DNA of 64,000 nt from Chiloscyllium plagiosum (GCF_004010195.1 NC_057711.1:80573846-80637845), one strand, 5' to 3'. Positions 26,103 to 38,841 are shown, numbered from the stretch's first letter. Translations and numbers: made by a program. The notes: generated from the sequence alone by a model not told the origin.

Positions 26103-27840
26103 GCAGGTTAGATGGATTGGCCATGGTAAATTGCCCATGGTGTTTCAGGACATGCAGGCTTAGTGGGTCAACTGTGGTAAATGTTGGGTTATGGGGATAG
26201 GGTGGGATGTTCTTCAGTAGATCAGTGTAGACTGAATGGACCGAATGGCCTCTAGAGATTCTATAAATTTCTATAAACAAGGTAACAAAGTGAAAGGAGG
26301 CCATTCAGTCCATATGCCTGTGCAAGTTTATTAAATGCGTCTCATTACTTAAAGCCAATTGTTCCTTATTTCCTACCCTTGTACATTATTTGCCTCTAAA
26401 TGATTATCCATTGCCCTCCTGAATACATCATAGCACTCATTGTAAATAGTTCATCCAAATATTGACTCTTTTAACATGTATTTTGCTATTGGCAGATTTT
26501 AACTGAAGGGGTGTTAACTACATGTTGGGATGAAATAACACAATTGAATGATGATTAAGAACACAAAATGGATGCATTTTTGGAATAATTTATAGGGAAT
26601 ATGAACAATAGTGGTGCTGTCAGTGTGGTCTTATAATTGATGAGTTCTGATATTAATAAAATTCCAATCATAACATTACACTTGTCTTTACGTAGCTGGA
26701 AGAATCAATGTAAAACGTAATGTAAATTAAGTACTTAAGGACCCAATAGCAATATTCATTCATATTCTGAAAGCCTCAAAGACAATCAGGTATAAATTAT
26801 GTCTCATTGTGGCAATAGATTGAAAGTGAGTCAATATTTGTGATTCACTGCACATACAGTGCAGAATCTTACAGGGGCCTGGGGGATGTGGGCTTTGATG
26901 AGATTTATGGCAGAACAGTGTGAGATGTCCGGCCAGTCCAACCGCGGTGTCAGGAGTAACTTGCATAATATTTTAATGTATTTGCCCTACAGGGGAGGTG
27001 AGTTGCCAATTGTTGGAGATTATAACTTGGAGAATGCCTTAAAAATACTGCAACTCACTTCATTAATGTTCAATTTCTTATCTTGCCCAATTGGTCAATC
27101 AAGGTGTAACAACAAAATTTTCAACATGGATGTCAGTTTGGATACCTGGTGGTTTCAGTTTCCATGTTGCTCAGCACTGAACAGCATCTCTGGGCACAAT
27201 CAATGGGCACCTGCCACACACAGTCTTTGTCCATGGACATTGGCATCTGACATTTGCCAAACCCCCATGACTGTCATGGCAGTCAGATCCATTTTCAGGT
27301 CACTTAGCAAGCACAGACATGTGGTGCAGTGTGCACAGACAACTAGCATTGGAAGGTTGCTTCAAGGACACTGTGCTCAAGGTAAGCCACACAGCTCATG
27401 GACTTATTTTATTGATTTACTTATTGACATATGTACTTGTTACATGTATTTGTGACATATTTAGACCAGACTGCAACCTTACTCTATTAGCCTTTACTTA
27501 CTTTGTGCCAGCACGGTGGCACAGTGGTTAGCACTGCTGCCTCACAGCGTCAGAGACCCGGGTTCAATTCCCATCTCTATGTGGAAATTGCACATTCTCC
27601 CCGTGTCTATGTAGGTTTCCTCCGGGTACTCCGGTTTCCTCCCACAGTCCAAAAAATGTGCAAATTAAGTGAATTGGCCATGCTACATTGCCCATAGTGT
27701 TACGTGAAGCGGTAAATGTAGAGTAATGGGCCTGGGTGGGTTGCTCCTCGGAGGGTCGGTGTGGACTTGTTGGGCCAAAGGGCCTGTTTCCGCACCGTAA
27801 CTAATCTAATCTAATCTAATCTACTGACATGAATCATAGT
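26103..27840 (+). repeat. Inverted duplication 1, left arm (partner 30742-32181)
   Basis: Near-identical mirrored ORFs (26760-26966 minus vs 31311-31517 plus; 27319 plus vs 30658-30957 minus). Confidence 0.97.
27511..27823 (+). mobile_element. Young HE1-like SINE present only in the left arm
   Basis: A/B boxes and (CTAAT)n tail; the empty site 'gtgcc|accgacatgaatcatag' is seen in the right arm. Confidence 0.92.
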
Positions 27841-28152
27841 TTGCCTACAGTGTGGAAGCGGCCATTTGGCCCATCAAGTCCACACCAACCCTCTGAACAG
27901 CATCCCATCCAGACCCAAAACCCAACTATCCATGTAATCCTGCATTTCCTATGGCCAATCAAGATGACTTGTGCAACTCAGGACACTGTGAGCATTTCAG
28001 CATGGTCGACTCACCTAACCTGCACATCTTTGGACTGTAAGAGGAAAGCCAACCACCTGGAGGAAACCCGCACAGACAGTTGCCCAAGGGTGGATTCGAA
28101 CCTCGGTCCCTGGTGCTGCGAGGCAGCACTGCAAAACACTGGGCCACCGTGC
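27831..28152 (-). mobile_element. HE1-like SINE
   Basis: Minus strand 'gcacggtggcccagtg', B box 'ggttcgaatcc'. Confidence 0.88.
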
Positions 28153-28599
28153 TATGCATGGATACTCTTAGCATCCATCTATTTTCCTGCCTTCCATTGT
28201 CTTTCCAGTTAATGCAAATCACCAGACTGGTTAGCTGTCCTCAGTCAACAGGGTGTATACCTCTCTGTATGTCACCAAGCTCTATCAATCACACATTTAC
28301 TCCTTGTGACAGCAACCGACATGGCACAGACACTACAAGTGTAGCTAGCCAGCGACCGTGTCTCAATGCCTTAGGGAAACGTAGTCACTTGGTATCCCCT
28401 AGTAGGCTCCACCACAAAAAAAAACCATTCCGTCGACACACCACAAATTCCTTCTCTTGTGAACCACTACCAACCCGATTTACCCAGTCCACCAGCATAT
28501 TGAAGTACCCCATGATGACTAACTTTGCCTTTTCTACATCTTTTCTATTCTTTGTGGTTGAAATGCTGCTGGAGAGGTAAGTGTAGACTTTGGGTGGAG

Positions 28600-30740
28600 G
28601 GTGAGCAACAGCGAGATAGGACAGTTGAAGGAGGAGCAAACTACTGCAGCTGCTGAAGACATGAGGGAAAGGAGAAGTAGAAGGAAGCTTAACTGAGAAG
28701 TCACAGGTAGCAGGTGAGTGACTGGTGAGTAGTATCTCTTCTCTCATTTTCTCTTCGCATCGCTACTATTGTTAACATAAGGGGTATGGCATAGCAGGAG
28801 ATCCCAGGCTCATATTATATTCCTCCTGTGCAAAGTGGGAATTCAGGGACTGTTCCAGTGTCCCTGGTTCCTTCACGTGCAGGAAGTGTGTGCAGCTCCA
28901 GCTCCTGCCTGATCACTTGACAGCTCTGGAGCTGCAGTTGGACTCACTTTGGAGCATTCACGAGGTTGAGGGAATCATGGACAGCATGTTCAGTCAGTTG
29001 GTCACACCACAGATGAAAATTACTGAGGAAGAAAGGGAATGGGTGAGTAGGATGAGTAGGAAGACAGTGCAGAGCCCCCTGCAGTCATCTCCCTCCAAAA
29101 CAGTTATATCATTTTGAATACTCTTTGGGGAGATGGCTGACTCGAGGAAGGTGGCAGCAACCAGGTTCATAGCACCATGGCTGCCTCTGCTGCACAGCAG
29201 GACAGGAACAAGCATGACAGAGCTACAGTGATAGGGGATTCAATTGTCAGGGGAATAGATATTTGTCTCTGCGGCCACAAACAAGAGTTCAGGGTCGTAT
29301 GTTGCTGTTAAGTTCTTTTTTCCTGAGATTCTTGCACATTTGATACAACTGTAACATACTAACTTTTGTGAACAAGCAAATTTTTTTTAAGTACAGTACA
29401 GTACAAACTTTCCGGCGGAACATTAACATACACTCTCAGGGCTTATGGAGGTGTGTCAAAGCTCTCTCCGAACTAAGGAAAACAGTCCTTTCTTTATATA
29501 AAATCTTTACATCACAGTCAGTCATGTCCACAAGACAATCCCCAGTCACTCCCTCACAGTCACATGTCATTCAAGACACAATGCAATGACCACATCATCT
29601 CCAGAAACAATGTAATGCAAATCATCCCTTAATGACTAGATCTGCTGTGAATTTTTTTTTGACTATAGGGGAGTAGTAAAATTCCAACTGCAATGCTCCT
29701 ATTGATTTCTGAATAGGTGATGAAAATGTAAATAGTAGGAGATGACAATGTAATGGCTCTGAACTGCAAGGAAATGGCCATGTAAATGGCTCTGAATAAT
29801 AGAAGATGATAATGTAAATTTCTTACAATCTATCTGTAAGTCAGCGGCATCCCACCCTAGCCTCAGGATATCCAGTTTCCTGCAGGTCAGCAGAGCAAGT
29901 TAACTCTTTAATATCACATTGCCTCTCTGGTGCAAGGGTCAAGAATTTAAATGGAGAATGGCACAATTAAATCTGAAACGAAGATCCTGATCTTAAAGAA
30001 AGCTATCTTTGATGGTATGAGGCCTGCAGTGGCTAGGATAAACTGGCCAAGGATACTTGAGGAGTTGACAGTGGATAGGCAATGGCCGACACATGGATGA
30101 ACTTCACCAATTGTACATCCCTGTCTGGTGTAAGAGTAAAACAGGGAAGATGGCTCAACTATGGCTAAGAAGGGAAATCAGGGACAGTGTTAAAGCCAAA
30201 GAGGAGGCAGTTAAGTTGGCTAGAAAAAGCAGGAAACCCGAGGATAGGGAGAAATGTAAAATTCAGCAGAGGAGGACGAAAGGTTTAATTTGGAAAAGGA
30301 AAATAGAATATGAAAGCTTGCAGAAAACATAAAAACTGACTGCAAAAGCTTCTACACATATGTGAAGACAAATGCCGGTCCCTTCAGGTGAATTCAAAAT
30401 GGACAACAAAGAGATGGCAGAACAGTTGAACAAATACTTTAGATCTGTCTTCATTAAGGAGGACACAAATAATCTTCAGGAAATACTGGATGACAGAGGA
30501 TCAAGCAGGAAGGAGGAACTGAAGGGAGTCCATATTAGTCAGGAAATGGTATTAGGGCAATTGTTGGGATTAAAACCCAATAAGTCCCTGGGGTCTGATG
30601 CTCTGCATCTCAGAGTACTTAAGGAAGTGGCCCTAGAAATAGCAGGAGCATTGATGATTATTTTCCAGCATTCAATAGACTCTGGAAGTGTTCCAATAGA
30701 TTGGAGGTTAATGTAACGCCACTCTTTTTAAAAAAGGAGA
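28600..30740 (+). mobile_element. CR1 LINE 5' part: ORF1 (zinc finger/coiled-coil, GDS esterase) and part of ORF2, truncated at the duplication junction
   Basis: SSCAKWEF..FTCRKCVQLQLL..LELQLDSL (about 28820-29000), IGDSIVRG (about 29230), ORFs 30093 and 30372 (MAEQLNKYFRSVF..LHLRVLKEVA). Confidence 0.88.
29306..29918. mobile_element. Solo LTR with perfect 4-bp TSD inside CR1 ORF1
   Basis: TGTTA...TCACA termini. TTGC at 29302-29305 and 29919-29922. Removal restores 'gtatgttgcctctctggtgcaagggtc' (VCCLSGARV). Confidence 0.85.
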
Positions 30741-30741
30741 G

Positions 30742-32181
30742 ACTATGATTCATGTCGGTGGGCACCAAATAAATGAAGGCTAAGGCTAATAGAGTAAGGT
30801 TGCAGTCTGGTCTAAATATGTCACAAATACATGTAATAAGTACATGTGTCATTAAGTAAATCAATAAAATTGGTCCATGAGCTGTGTGGCTTACCTTGAG
30901 CACAGTGTCCTTGAAGCAACCTTCCAACGCTAGTTGTCTGTGCACACTGCACCACATGTCTGTGCTTGCTAAGTGACCTGAAAATGGATCTGACTGCCAT
31001 GACAGTCATGGGGGTTTGGCAAACGTCAGATGCCAATGTCCATGGACAAAGAGTGTGTGCGGCAGGTGCCCATTGATTGTGCCCAGAGATGCTGTTCAGT
31101 GCTGAGCAACATGGAAACTGAAACCACCAGGTACCCAAACTGACATCCATGTTGAAAATTCTTGTTGTTACACCTTGATTGACCAATTGGGCAAGATAAG
31201 AAATTGAACATTAATGAAGTGAGTTGCAGTATTTTTAAGGCATTCTCCAAGTTACAATCTCCAACAATTGGCAACTCACCTCCCCTGTAGGGCAAATACA
31301 TTAAAATATTATGCAAGTTTCTCCTGACATCGCGGTTGGACTGGCCAGACATCTCACACTGTTCTGCCATAAATCTCATCAAAGCCCACATCCCCCAGGC
31401 CCCTGTAAGATTCTGCACTGTATGTGCAGTGAATCACAAATATTGACTCACTTTCAATCTATTGCCACAATGAGACATAATTTATACCTGATTGTCTTTG
31501 AGGCTTTCAGAATATGAATGAATATTGCTATTGGGTCCTTAAATACTTAATTTACATTACGTTTTACATTGATTCTTCCAGCTACGTAAAGACAAGTGTA
31601 ATGTTATGATTGGAATTTTATTAATATCAGAACTCATCAATTATAAGACCACACTGACAGCACTACTATTGTTCATATTCCCTATAAATTATTCGAAAAA
31701 TACATCCATTTTATGTTCTTAATCATCATTCAATTGTGTTATTTCATCCCAACATGTAGTTAACACCCCTTCAGTTAAAATCTGCCAATTGCAAAATACA
31801 TTTTGAAAGAGTCAATATTTGGATGAACTACTTACAATGAGTGCTATGAAGTATTTAGGAGTGTATTTGGTAATAATTTAGATGCAAATACTGTACAAGG
31901 GTATGGAAATATGGAAAAAAATTGGCTCTCGGTAATGAGGCACAATTAATAAACTTGTACAGGCATAATGGACTGAATGGCCTCCTTTCACTATGTGACC
32001 TTGCTGCGATAGGAATGTATAGAATCCCTACAGTGCAGGTAGAGGCCATTTGGTCCATTGAGTCTACACAAAGAATATCCCACCCTATCCCCATAGCCCA
32101 ACATTTATCACAGTTGACTGACCAAGCCTTCATGTCCCGAAACACTAGGGGAAATTAGCATGGCCAATCCATCTAACCTGC
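30742..32181 (-). repeat. Inverted duplication 1, right arm
   Basis: Reverse complement of 26103-27840 minus the SINE at 27511-27823. Confidence 0.97.
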
Positions 32182-32336
32182 ACATCTTTAGACTGTGGGA
32201 AGAACCCAGATCACCTGGCAGAAACCCACATAGACTCATAGAGAATGGACAAACTCCACACAGACAGTCACCCAGGCTGGAATTGAACCCAGGTACCTGG
32301 TGCTGTAAGACAGCAATGCTAACCATTATGCCACCC
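32015..32336 (-). mobile_element. HE1-like SINE (full length; its 3' half is copied at 26103-26265)
   Basis: Minus-strand A/B boxes and central domain. Confidence 0.88.
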
Positions 32337-32449
32337 TTACGGACAAATTTTATGCCTTCTTTGTGCTTGAATTGATGTAATATGACAAACCCCGAGCCAA
32401 GAATTTAGAAGAATGAAATTTTAAGTGTTTTAAAATGTTACTACCAGGA

Positions 32450-33780
32450 AATAACATGGATGTCTCCAGATGGTAATACCCTGAAGGAGATTGACTGTTT
32501 ATGTGTGAGCAACAGATGGAGCTCATCCCTACAAGATGCCCAGAAACTGTCAAGGTGCCAATCTAGGATTGAATCACACTTTGTATTTGGCCCCACCTGA
32601 AGCTGAATTGCTGCAAAGTCACTGTGGCCATTTGCAAAGGAGAGACCAAAGGGCAAGGACATTTGAACAGTCTTCAGCTAGCCCTCTCCAACAGATTCAA
32701 AATACTAATGAGGTCAGGCAATAGTGAGGAACAGTGGCAAATCTTCAAAAGGGGCATTTAGTAAAGGGAAAAAGGCACCATTGGGCAACAAACGAAGCAA
32801 AATAGAAGGATGGATCATTGACCCAGCATACAAGTTGATTGATGAAAGAAAGCTAACAAAAAGAAGGAAAAGACATTAAACCAAGACAAGAAGATGACGA
32901 GAAGTATTGAAATTGTGATAAAACTGTGTGAAAACTCCAAGCTGCTATGCAGCATATTATGGGAACTGACCAGTTCAAGAAACATCCCAAACAAAACTAA
33001 TGACCAGTAAGCAGCTGTTAATGAAGAAGGAAAAGAAGAAAAAGTGGGAGATCCTGAAGCAGCCTATCTCTGGGTCAAAATTTGAATTCAATGACCTCAG
33101 CAATCCTCAGAAGCTGAACATAACCTGGGAGACATTGTCAGATCAGATGTCCAAAGAACTATCAGAGCCTGAAGACCTAGAAGGTACCTGAGATTGATGA
33201 GATGGGCAGGACGAGCTGTTGAAACATGGCAAAAATATTGCATTAACAGAACTAACAGATTGTTCAACAAGATTGAGAGTGTGGAAGATGTCCCAGATAA
33301 CCAACAAGGCGTAATTGTCAAACAGACAAAAAAAGGGAACCACAGCAACTATAATAACTGGAGGAACAAACACAGCCATCAATACCTCACTAGGTGTTCA
33401 GCAGAGTGCTCCTGAACAGATTGAAGCAAAAACAAACTTTACAATTGCTGAGGAATAGGCATGTTTTTGAGCTGACAGATCTTGTTCCAAGTAGGTCTTT
33501 AACTGAGGAGAAAGTGAGGTCTGCAGATGCACATCGTTGAGCAAAATCTAGAGTATCAGAAGCTATTTGATGTTGACTACACGCAACCTACAACTTCAAA
33601 AAGGCTTTCAATTGTGTCCAATGGCAGTTACACTTATACTTCACAAGATAATTCAGCATCCCAAAGCTGTATCTAATGTTTTCAAAACCTCATACTGAAA
33701 CTCCAGCTGCTGCATCAAGACCAACACAGGATTCACGGAATCCTTCAATGTCTTCACAGGAGTACAGCAAGGCTGCATAG
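32450..33780 (+). mobile_element. Decayed RTE-clade LINE
   Basis: LFNKI..EDVPD..QGVIVK..KKG..SNYNNWR (ORF 33194), NFKKAF.C.., and IKTNTGFTESFNVFTGVQQGC near 33715-33780. Confidence 0.75.
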
Positions 33781-34404
33781 TGTTATGAACTACTGAGGCA
33801 GCATGCCATAAATTGGGCCCCACTATTTGCAGAATCATACCAGGTGTCAAAGTTTTTGTAAGGACACAGTACCCCAAACCAAGATCGACAGAACACATGG
33901 ACCCAGATTTCTGTATTAAACAAAACTTATTATTCACTTGCCAGATTTCTCAGCACCATAATGTTCTCCAGTCGCTGTCTGTTCAAATTATATATATTGC
34001 TGTCTTATTCTTCCTGTCAAAATGGATAAGATCATATTACCCCACCGGCCACACAATGTGTCATTTGCCCATTCACTTAACCTTGCAAGCACTTCAGATG
34101 GAATTTATCCTTCTGAGGTTAGTGTCATGGCTGGTAAAGTATTTCAACTGGGGGAGGGGGTGGTTTTGTTGTGTTGTGTGATTACCTTCTTTAGAGCTCA
34201 GTGCAAATTCATGCATGGGAATGAACACCCAACTGTATTAAAGACTGAGCATGACTATCAGTTCCCCCCGCTCCCCACACCATCATTGAGAATTTCTGGG
34301 TTCCAATGCCCAGACACCATATTTTAAAAGCACATGGACGGAACTTTGGTTTCTGAACTGCACAATCATCAGTGGGCTTTGCATCACTGACCCTGCCAAT
34401 GCAG

Positions 34405-35740
34405 GAGGTGCCAGAGAATTTTAGTGCCAGATCCTAACATTGCTCCTGCAGGGTATGTGTGAGCACAGGGACATCATATCCCTCAGAGATGGGAACAAGA
34501 GGCCATTCTGACTGATGATGGCAGCCTCCACATGAACTTTAGCAAGGCCTTCGACAAGGCTCCGCATGGTAGACTGGTTAGTAAGGTTAAATCACATGGG
34601 ATGCAGGGACAGCTAGCCAACCAGATACAAAATTGGCTTGATGGCAGAAGACAGAGGGAGATGGTAGAGGGTTGTTGTCCAAACTGGAGACCTTTGACCA
34701 CAGCTGTGCTGCAAGGATTGCTGCTGGGTCCACTGTTTTCATCATTTATATAAACAATTTGGATTGGAATATAGGAGGCATGGTAAGTAAATTTGTGAAG
34801 GACATTAAAATTGGTGGAATCTTGATAAGCTGGGCCAGTGGGATGAAGAAAGGCCAATGGAATTTAGTTCAGATAAGTTATTGCACTTTTGTAAGACAAA
34901 CCAGGGCAAGACGTACACAGTCAATGGCAGGGCCCTGGTGGATGTTTTCAAGCAGAGATCTAGGGGTGCACCTCCTTGCAAGTGGTGTCACAGGTAGATA
35001 GGGCGGTGAAGAATGCGTTTGACATGCTAGCCTTCATTGGTTGGAGTTTTGTGCATCGGAGTTGGGACTCTATATTACAGCTGTACAAGACATTGATAAG
35101 GCCTCATTTGGAGTACTGCATACAATTCTATTCACTGTACTATCGGAAGGATATTATAAAACTGGAAAATGGTCAAAAAATGTTTACAAAGGTGTTACTA
35201 AGAGTGGAAGATTTGAGTTATGAGGCAAGGCAAGATCAACTAGACATTTTTCCTTGGAGTGTGGGAAGCTGAGGGTGACCTTGTAGACGTTTATAAAATC
35301 AGGACGGGCATAGATAGGGTAAATAACAAAAGTCTTTTCCCCAGGGTAGGGGAGTGTAAAACTAGAGGGCATAGGTTCTAAGAGGGGAAATATTTAAAAG
35401 AGATCTGAGGAGCAACTTCTTCACATAGAGGGTTGTGTGCAGATGGAACGTGCTGCCAGAGACTGTGGTAGAGGTGAGTACAATGACATTTAAAAGTCAT
35501 TTGAACAGATACACGGATAGGAAAGGTTTAGAGGAATATGGTCAGGCAATTTGGATTAGTTCACTTTAGGAAACCTGGTTGGCATGGACAAGTTGCGCTG
35601 CAGAAACTGTTTCCGTGCTGTATGATTGTATGACTCCATGATATATGCAGAGTGGCTGTGGCAGTCCACATGCAAACAATACGGAAACATGGCTGGTTCA
35701 GTGTTGCAAAAGAATAAATGATCTCTTATGGTCTGTCAGA
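34405..35740 (+). pseudogene. Myb/SANT-like DNA-binding exon relic (Harbinger ORF2/NAIF1-like) split by a CR1 insertion
   Basis: PENFS..TLLLQGMCEHRDII..RDGNKRP [CR1] RVAVAV...QCCKRINDLL.SVR followed by a GTAAAT donor; frameshifted. Confidence 0.65.
34530..35638 (+). mobile_element. CR1 RT/3' fragment
   Basis: NFSKAFDKAPHGRL..; LYKTLIRPHLEYCIQF. Confidence 0.92.
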
Positions 35741-35824
35741 GTAAATGCCACTGTCCACTATGTCGTTCATTCTCCCATGTGGTATCGTGGTAAGGTTCTC
35801 ATTGCTGAGGATTGTCATGACTAG

Positions 35825-36391
35825 CTGAGTTTTAGAGACTCATTGTCTGCAGTTGACTCAACAGCGGCCTGTTCTGCAGTAGTCTGTGTGTTGGAGACCT
35901 AAAACCTTTCATCCGCTGTAGCTGTGGGCCTGTGCCAGTGTTGTGCTTACCAGTCTGATCCTGTGCCTATATATGTTATTACGACATCACTGGGCTGGTG
36001 AAGGAATGGAGTAGATGACTTAATGGTGTTTCCTCTGAGAATCAGTGCAGCTCCCCCTTAGAGATGTATCGAAGTGGCTGGGAGAGAGAGGGCCTTGAGT
36101 GATGGAACACTTCCTCTTCTTCGAGGGCTTTGAGCATTTGTTTCAGAGATTTCTGTTAAAAACATGAAGATGTATTAATGTCACTGCAAAAAAAGCTTGC
36201 ATTTAAAGTTTGGAGTTTGATGTTGATGTGAGAAGCTGCTTGAAGATTTTCTCATGATATGACTGGACATATGCAATCTTCTGCACAGACCTGCTCCCCA
36301 ATCTCTGTGAGAGTTAAGCAGCCTACTCCTTGAAAAGGGTGCAGGCTTGGAGTTTGAGAGTCACCCCCATTATGAAATACTGTCTTTTGTT
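35825..36391 (-). pseudogene. Putative exons 2 and 3 of the same Myb/SANT ORF2 relic, in the spacer
   Basis: Minus-strand acceptors cttgcag|36391 and ttttaacag|36152. Exon 2 resembles the EK.AHN..TGGG..LTPFEE motif seen more clearly at 53826. Confidence 0.4.
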
Positions 36392-36924
36392 CTGCAAGTT
36401 CATGTGCTACAAATGGGGAGAGGCATTAAGACACATTGCCATGAGTACTGAAACAATATTCATAGCAATCCATGGGTACATGAACCATATTTAAAGCAAT
36501 CCAGGTAATAGTGGGAACCAATTAACCTGAGATTATCTATGTGTGCTCCTAGTAAGAAGAAAATGCTTTGGGGAACTTTTTGATTGAGAGGTTCCTGAAT
36601 GAAAGGTGGCTTTTTCTCTGGTGAAAGAATTGAAGTTGATAAATTTCAGTGAAGCTTCATATGATGATAAATGTCTGAGAATCTGATCCTCAAGCCACTT
36701 TTTGTTTATGTGATGTGTCAGTTCTCCTAGTTGTGATGAAAATTGAGTGAGCTGGTGGTGTCTGAGCTCATGAGGGCTGGAGGTCCCTTTTTGATTGAAG
36801 TGTGAACCATACGAATATGTAAGATGCACTCAAAATGTTTTACTCTCCATCAACAAGGTGGAGAAGCAAAGAAGCTATTGATCAGACATCAAGCATGGAA
36901 TGGAGATGTTGTTACCTACAGTTG

Positions 36925-38841
36925 CATATGACAGTCCTCAGCAATGAGAACCTTATCACGATAGGACACGGTCATGGGAGAATGAACAACATAGTGGGCA
37001 GTGGCATTTCCTCTGACAGACTGTAAGAGATCATTTATTCTTTTGTGGCACTGAAACAGCCATGTCTCTGTGTTGTTTCCATGCTGACTGCCACAGCCAC
37101 TCTGCATATGCCATGGAGTCATACAGTCATACAGCACGGAAACAGTTTCTGCAGCACAACTAGTCCATGCCAACCCAGGTTTCCTAAAGTGAACAAATCC
37201 AAATTGCCTGCCCATATTCCTCTAAACTTTTGCTATCCATGTATTTGTCCAAATGTCTTTTAAATGTTGTCATTGTACTCATCTTTACCACTTTCTCTGG
37301 CAGCTCATTTCACATGCACACTACGCTCTGTGTGAAAAAGTTGCCACTCACGTCCCTTTTAGACCTTACCCCTCTCACATTAAACTTCCCTTTCCTGTGG
37401 AAAACACTTTACTATTTTCCTTATCCATGCCCTTCATGACTTTATAAACCTCTGTAAAGTCACCCTCAGCCACCTAGCTCCAGGAAAAAACGTCCAGCTA
37501 TCCCACCTCACCTTATAACTTAAATCTTCCAGTCTCGGTATCATCCTTTTAATCTATTTTGCACCCTTTCCAGTTTAATAATAGCCTTCCTACAGCACTG
37601 TGACCAGAATTGTATGCAGTACACTAAATGTGGCCTTACCAATGTCTTGTACAGCTGTAACATGACATTCAATCTCCTGTACTCAACGTTCTGACCAATG
37701 AAGGCAAGTGTACCAAAAGCTTTCTTCACCACCCTGTCTACTTGTGTGTGACACCACTTTCAAGGAAGTATGTACCTGCATGCCTATATCTCTCTATTTG
37801 AAAACATCCACCAGGGCACTGCCATTAACTGTGTAGGTCTTACTCTGGTTTGTCTTACCAAAGTGCAACACCTCGCATTTATCTGAATTAAATTCCATCT
37901 GCCATTCCTCAGCCCACTGGCTCAGTTGATCAAGGTCTCCTTGTACTCTTAGATAATCTTCTTCACTGTCCACTATACCCCAATTTTGGCATCATCCACA
38001 ATCTTACTAACCATGCCTTCTATATTCTAATCCAAATTGTTTATATAAATGATAAACAACAGCGGACCCAGCAGCAATCCTTGCAGCACAGCTGTGGTCA
38101 AAAGTCTCCAGTTTGAACAACAACCCTCTACCACCTCCCTCTGTCTTCTGCCATCAAGCCAATTTTGTATCTGGTTGGCTAGCTGTCCCTGCATCCCATG
38201 TGATTTAACCTTACTAACCAGTCTACCATGCAGAGCCTTGTCGAAGGCCTTGCTAAAGTCCATGTAGAGGCTGCCATCATCAGTCAGAATGGTCTCTTGT
38301 TACCATCTCTGAGGGATACCAAGTCCCTGTACTCACACATACCCGCAGGAACAACTTTAAGGTGTTGCACTAAAATTCTCTGGCACCACCAGCATTGGCA
38401 GGGTCTGGGATACAAAGCCCACTGATGGTTGTGCGGTTCAGAAGCCAAAGTGCCGTCCATTTGCTTTTAAAATATTGTGTCTGGGCAGAAAGTCTCAATT
38501 ATGGTGTTGTGTGGTGGGGAGCTGATAGTCATGCTCAGCCCTTAATACAATTGGATGTTCATTCCCATGCATGAGTTTGCAATGAGCTCTAAAGAAGGTA
38601 ATCACATAACAAAACCCTCCCCTCCCCCAGTTGAAGTACTTTACCTGCCATGGCAGTAGCCCCAAAAGGGAAAATTCCACCCAAAGTGTTTGCAAGATTA
38701 AGTGAGTGAGCAAATGACACATGGTGTGGCTGGTGGGGACATATGATCTTATCCACTTTGGCAAGAAAAATAAGACAGCAATATATAATCTGAACAGAGA
38801 GTGACTGCAGAACCTTATGTATTGAGAAATCTGGCAAGTGA
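36925..38841 (-). repeat. Inverted duplication 2, right arm (contains CR1 37113-38265 and the Myb/SANT exon copy)
   Basis: ORF 36916-37215 minus TWLFQCHKRINDLLQSVR; ORF 38027-38263 DFSKAFDK. Confidence 0.95.

Larger units (their letters stand above)
33934..35820 (+). repeat. Inverted duplication 2, left arm (partner 36925-38841)
   Basis: Mirrored ORFs 34532 plus vs 38027-38263 minus, and 34022 plus vs 38589-39047 minus; non-LINE flanks are also shared. Confidence 0.95.

Noticed and set aside
26859..27455. 198-aa ORF, mirrored at 30821-31418, as a duplicated gene
   Set aside because: No recognisable domain, and the mirror copy is frameshifted; the similarity comes from the DNA duplication.
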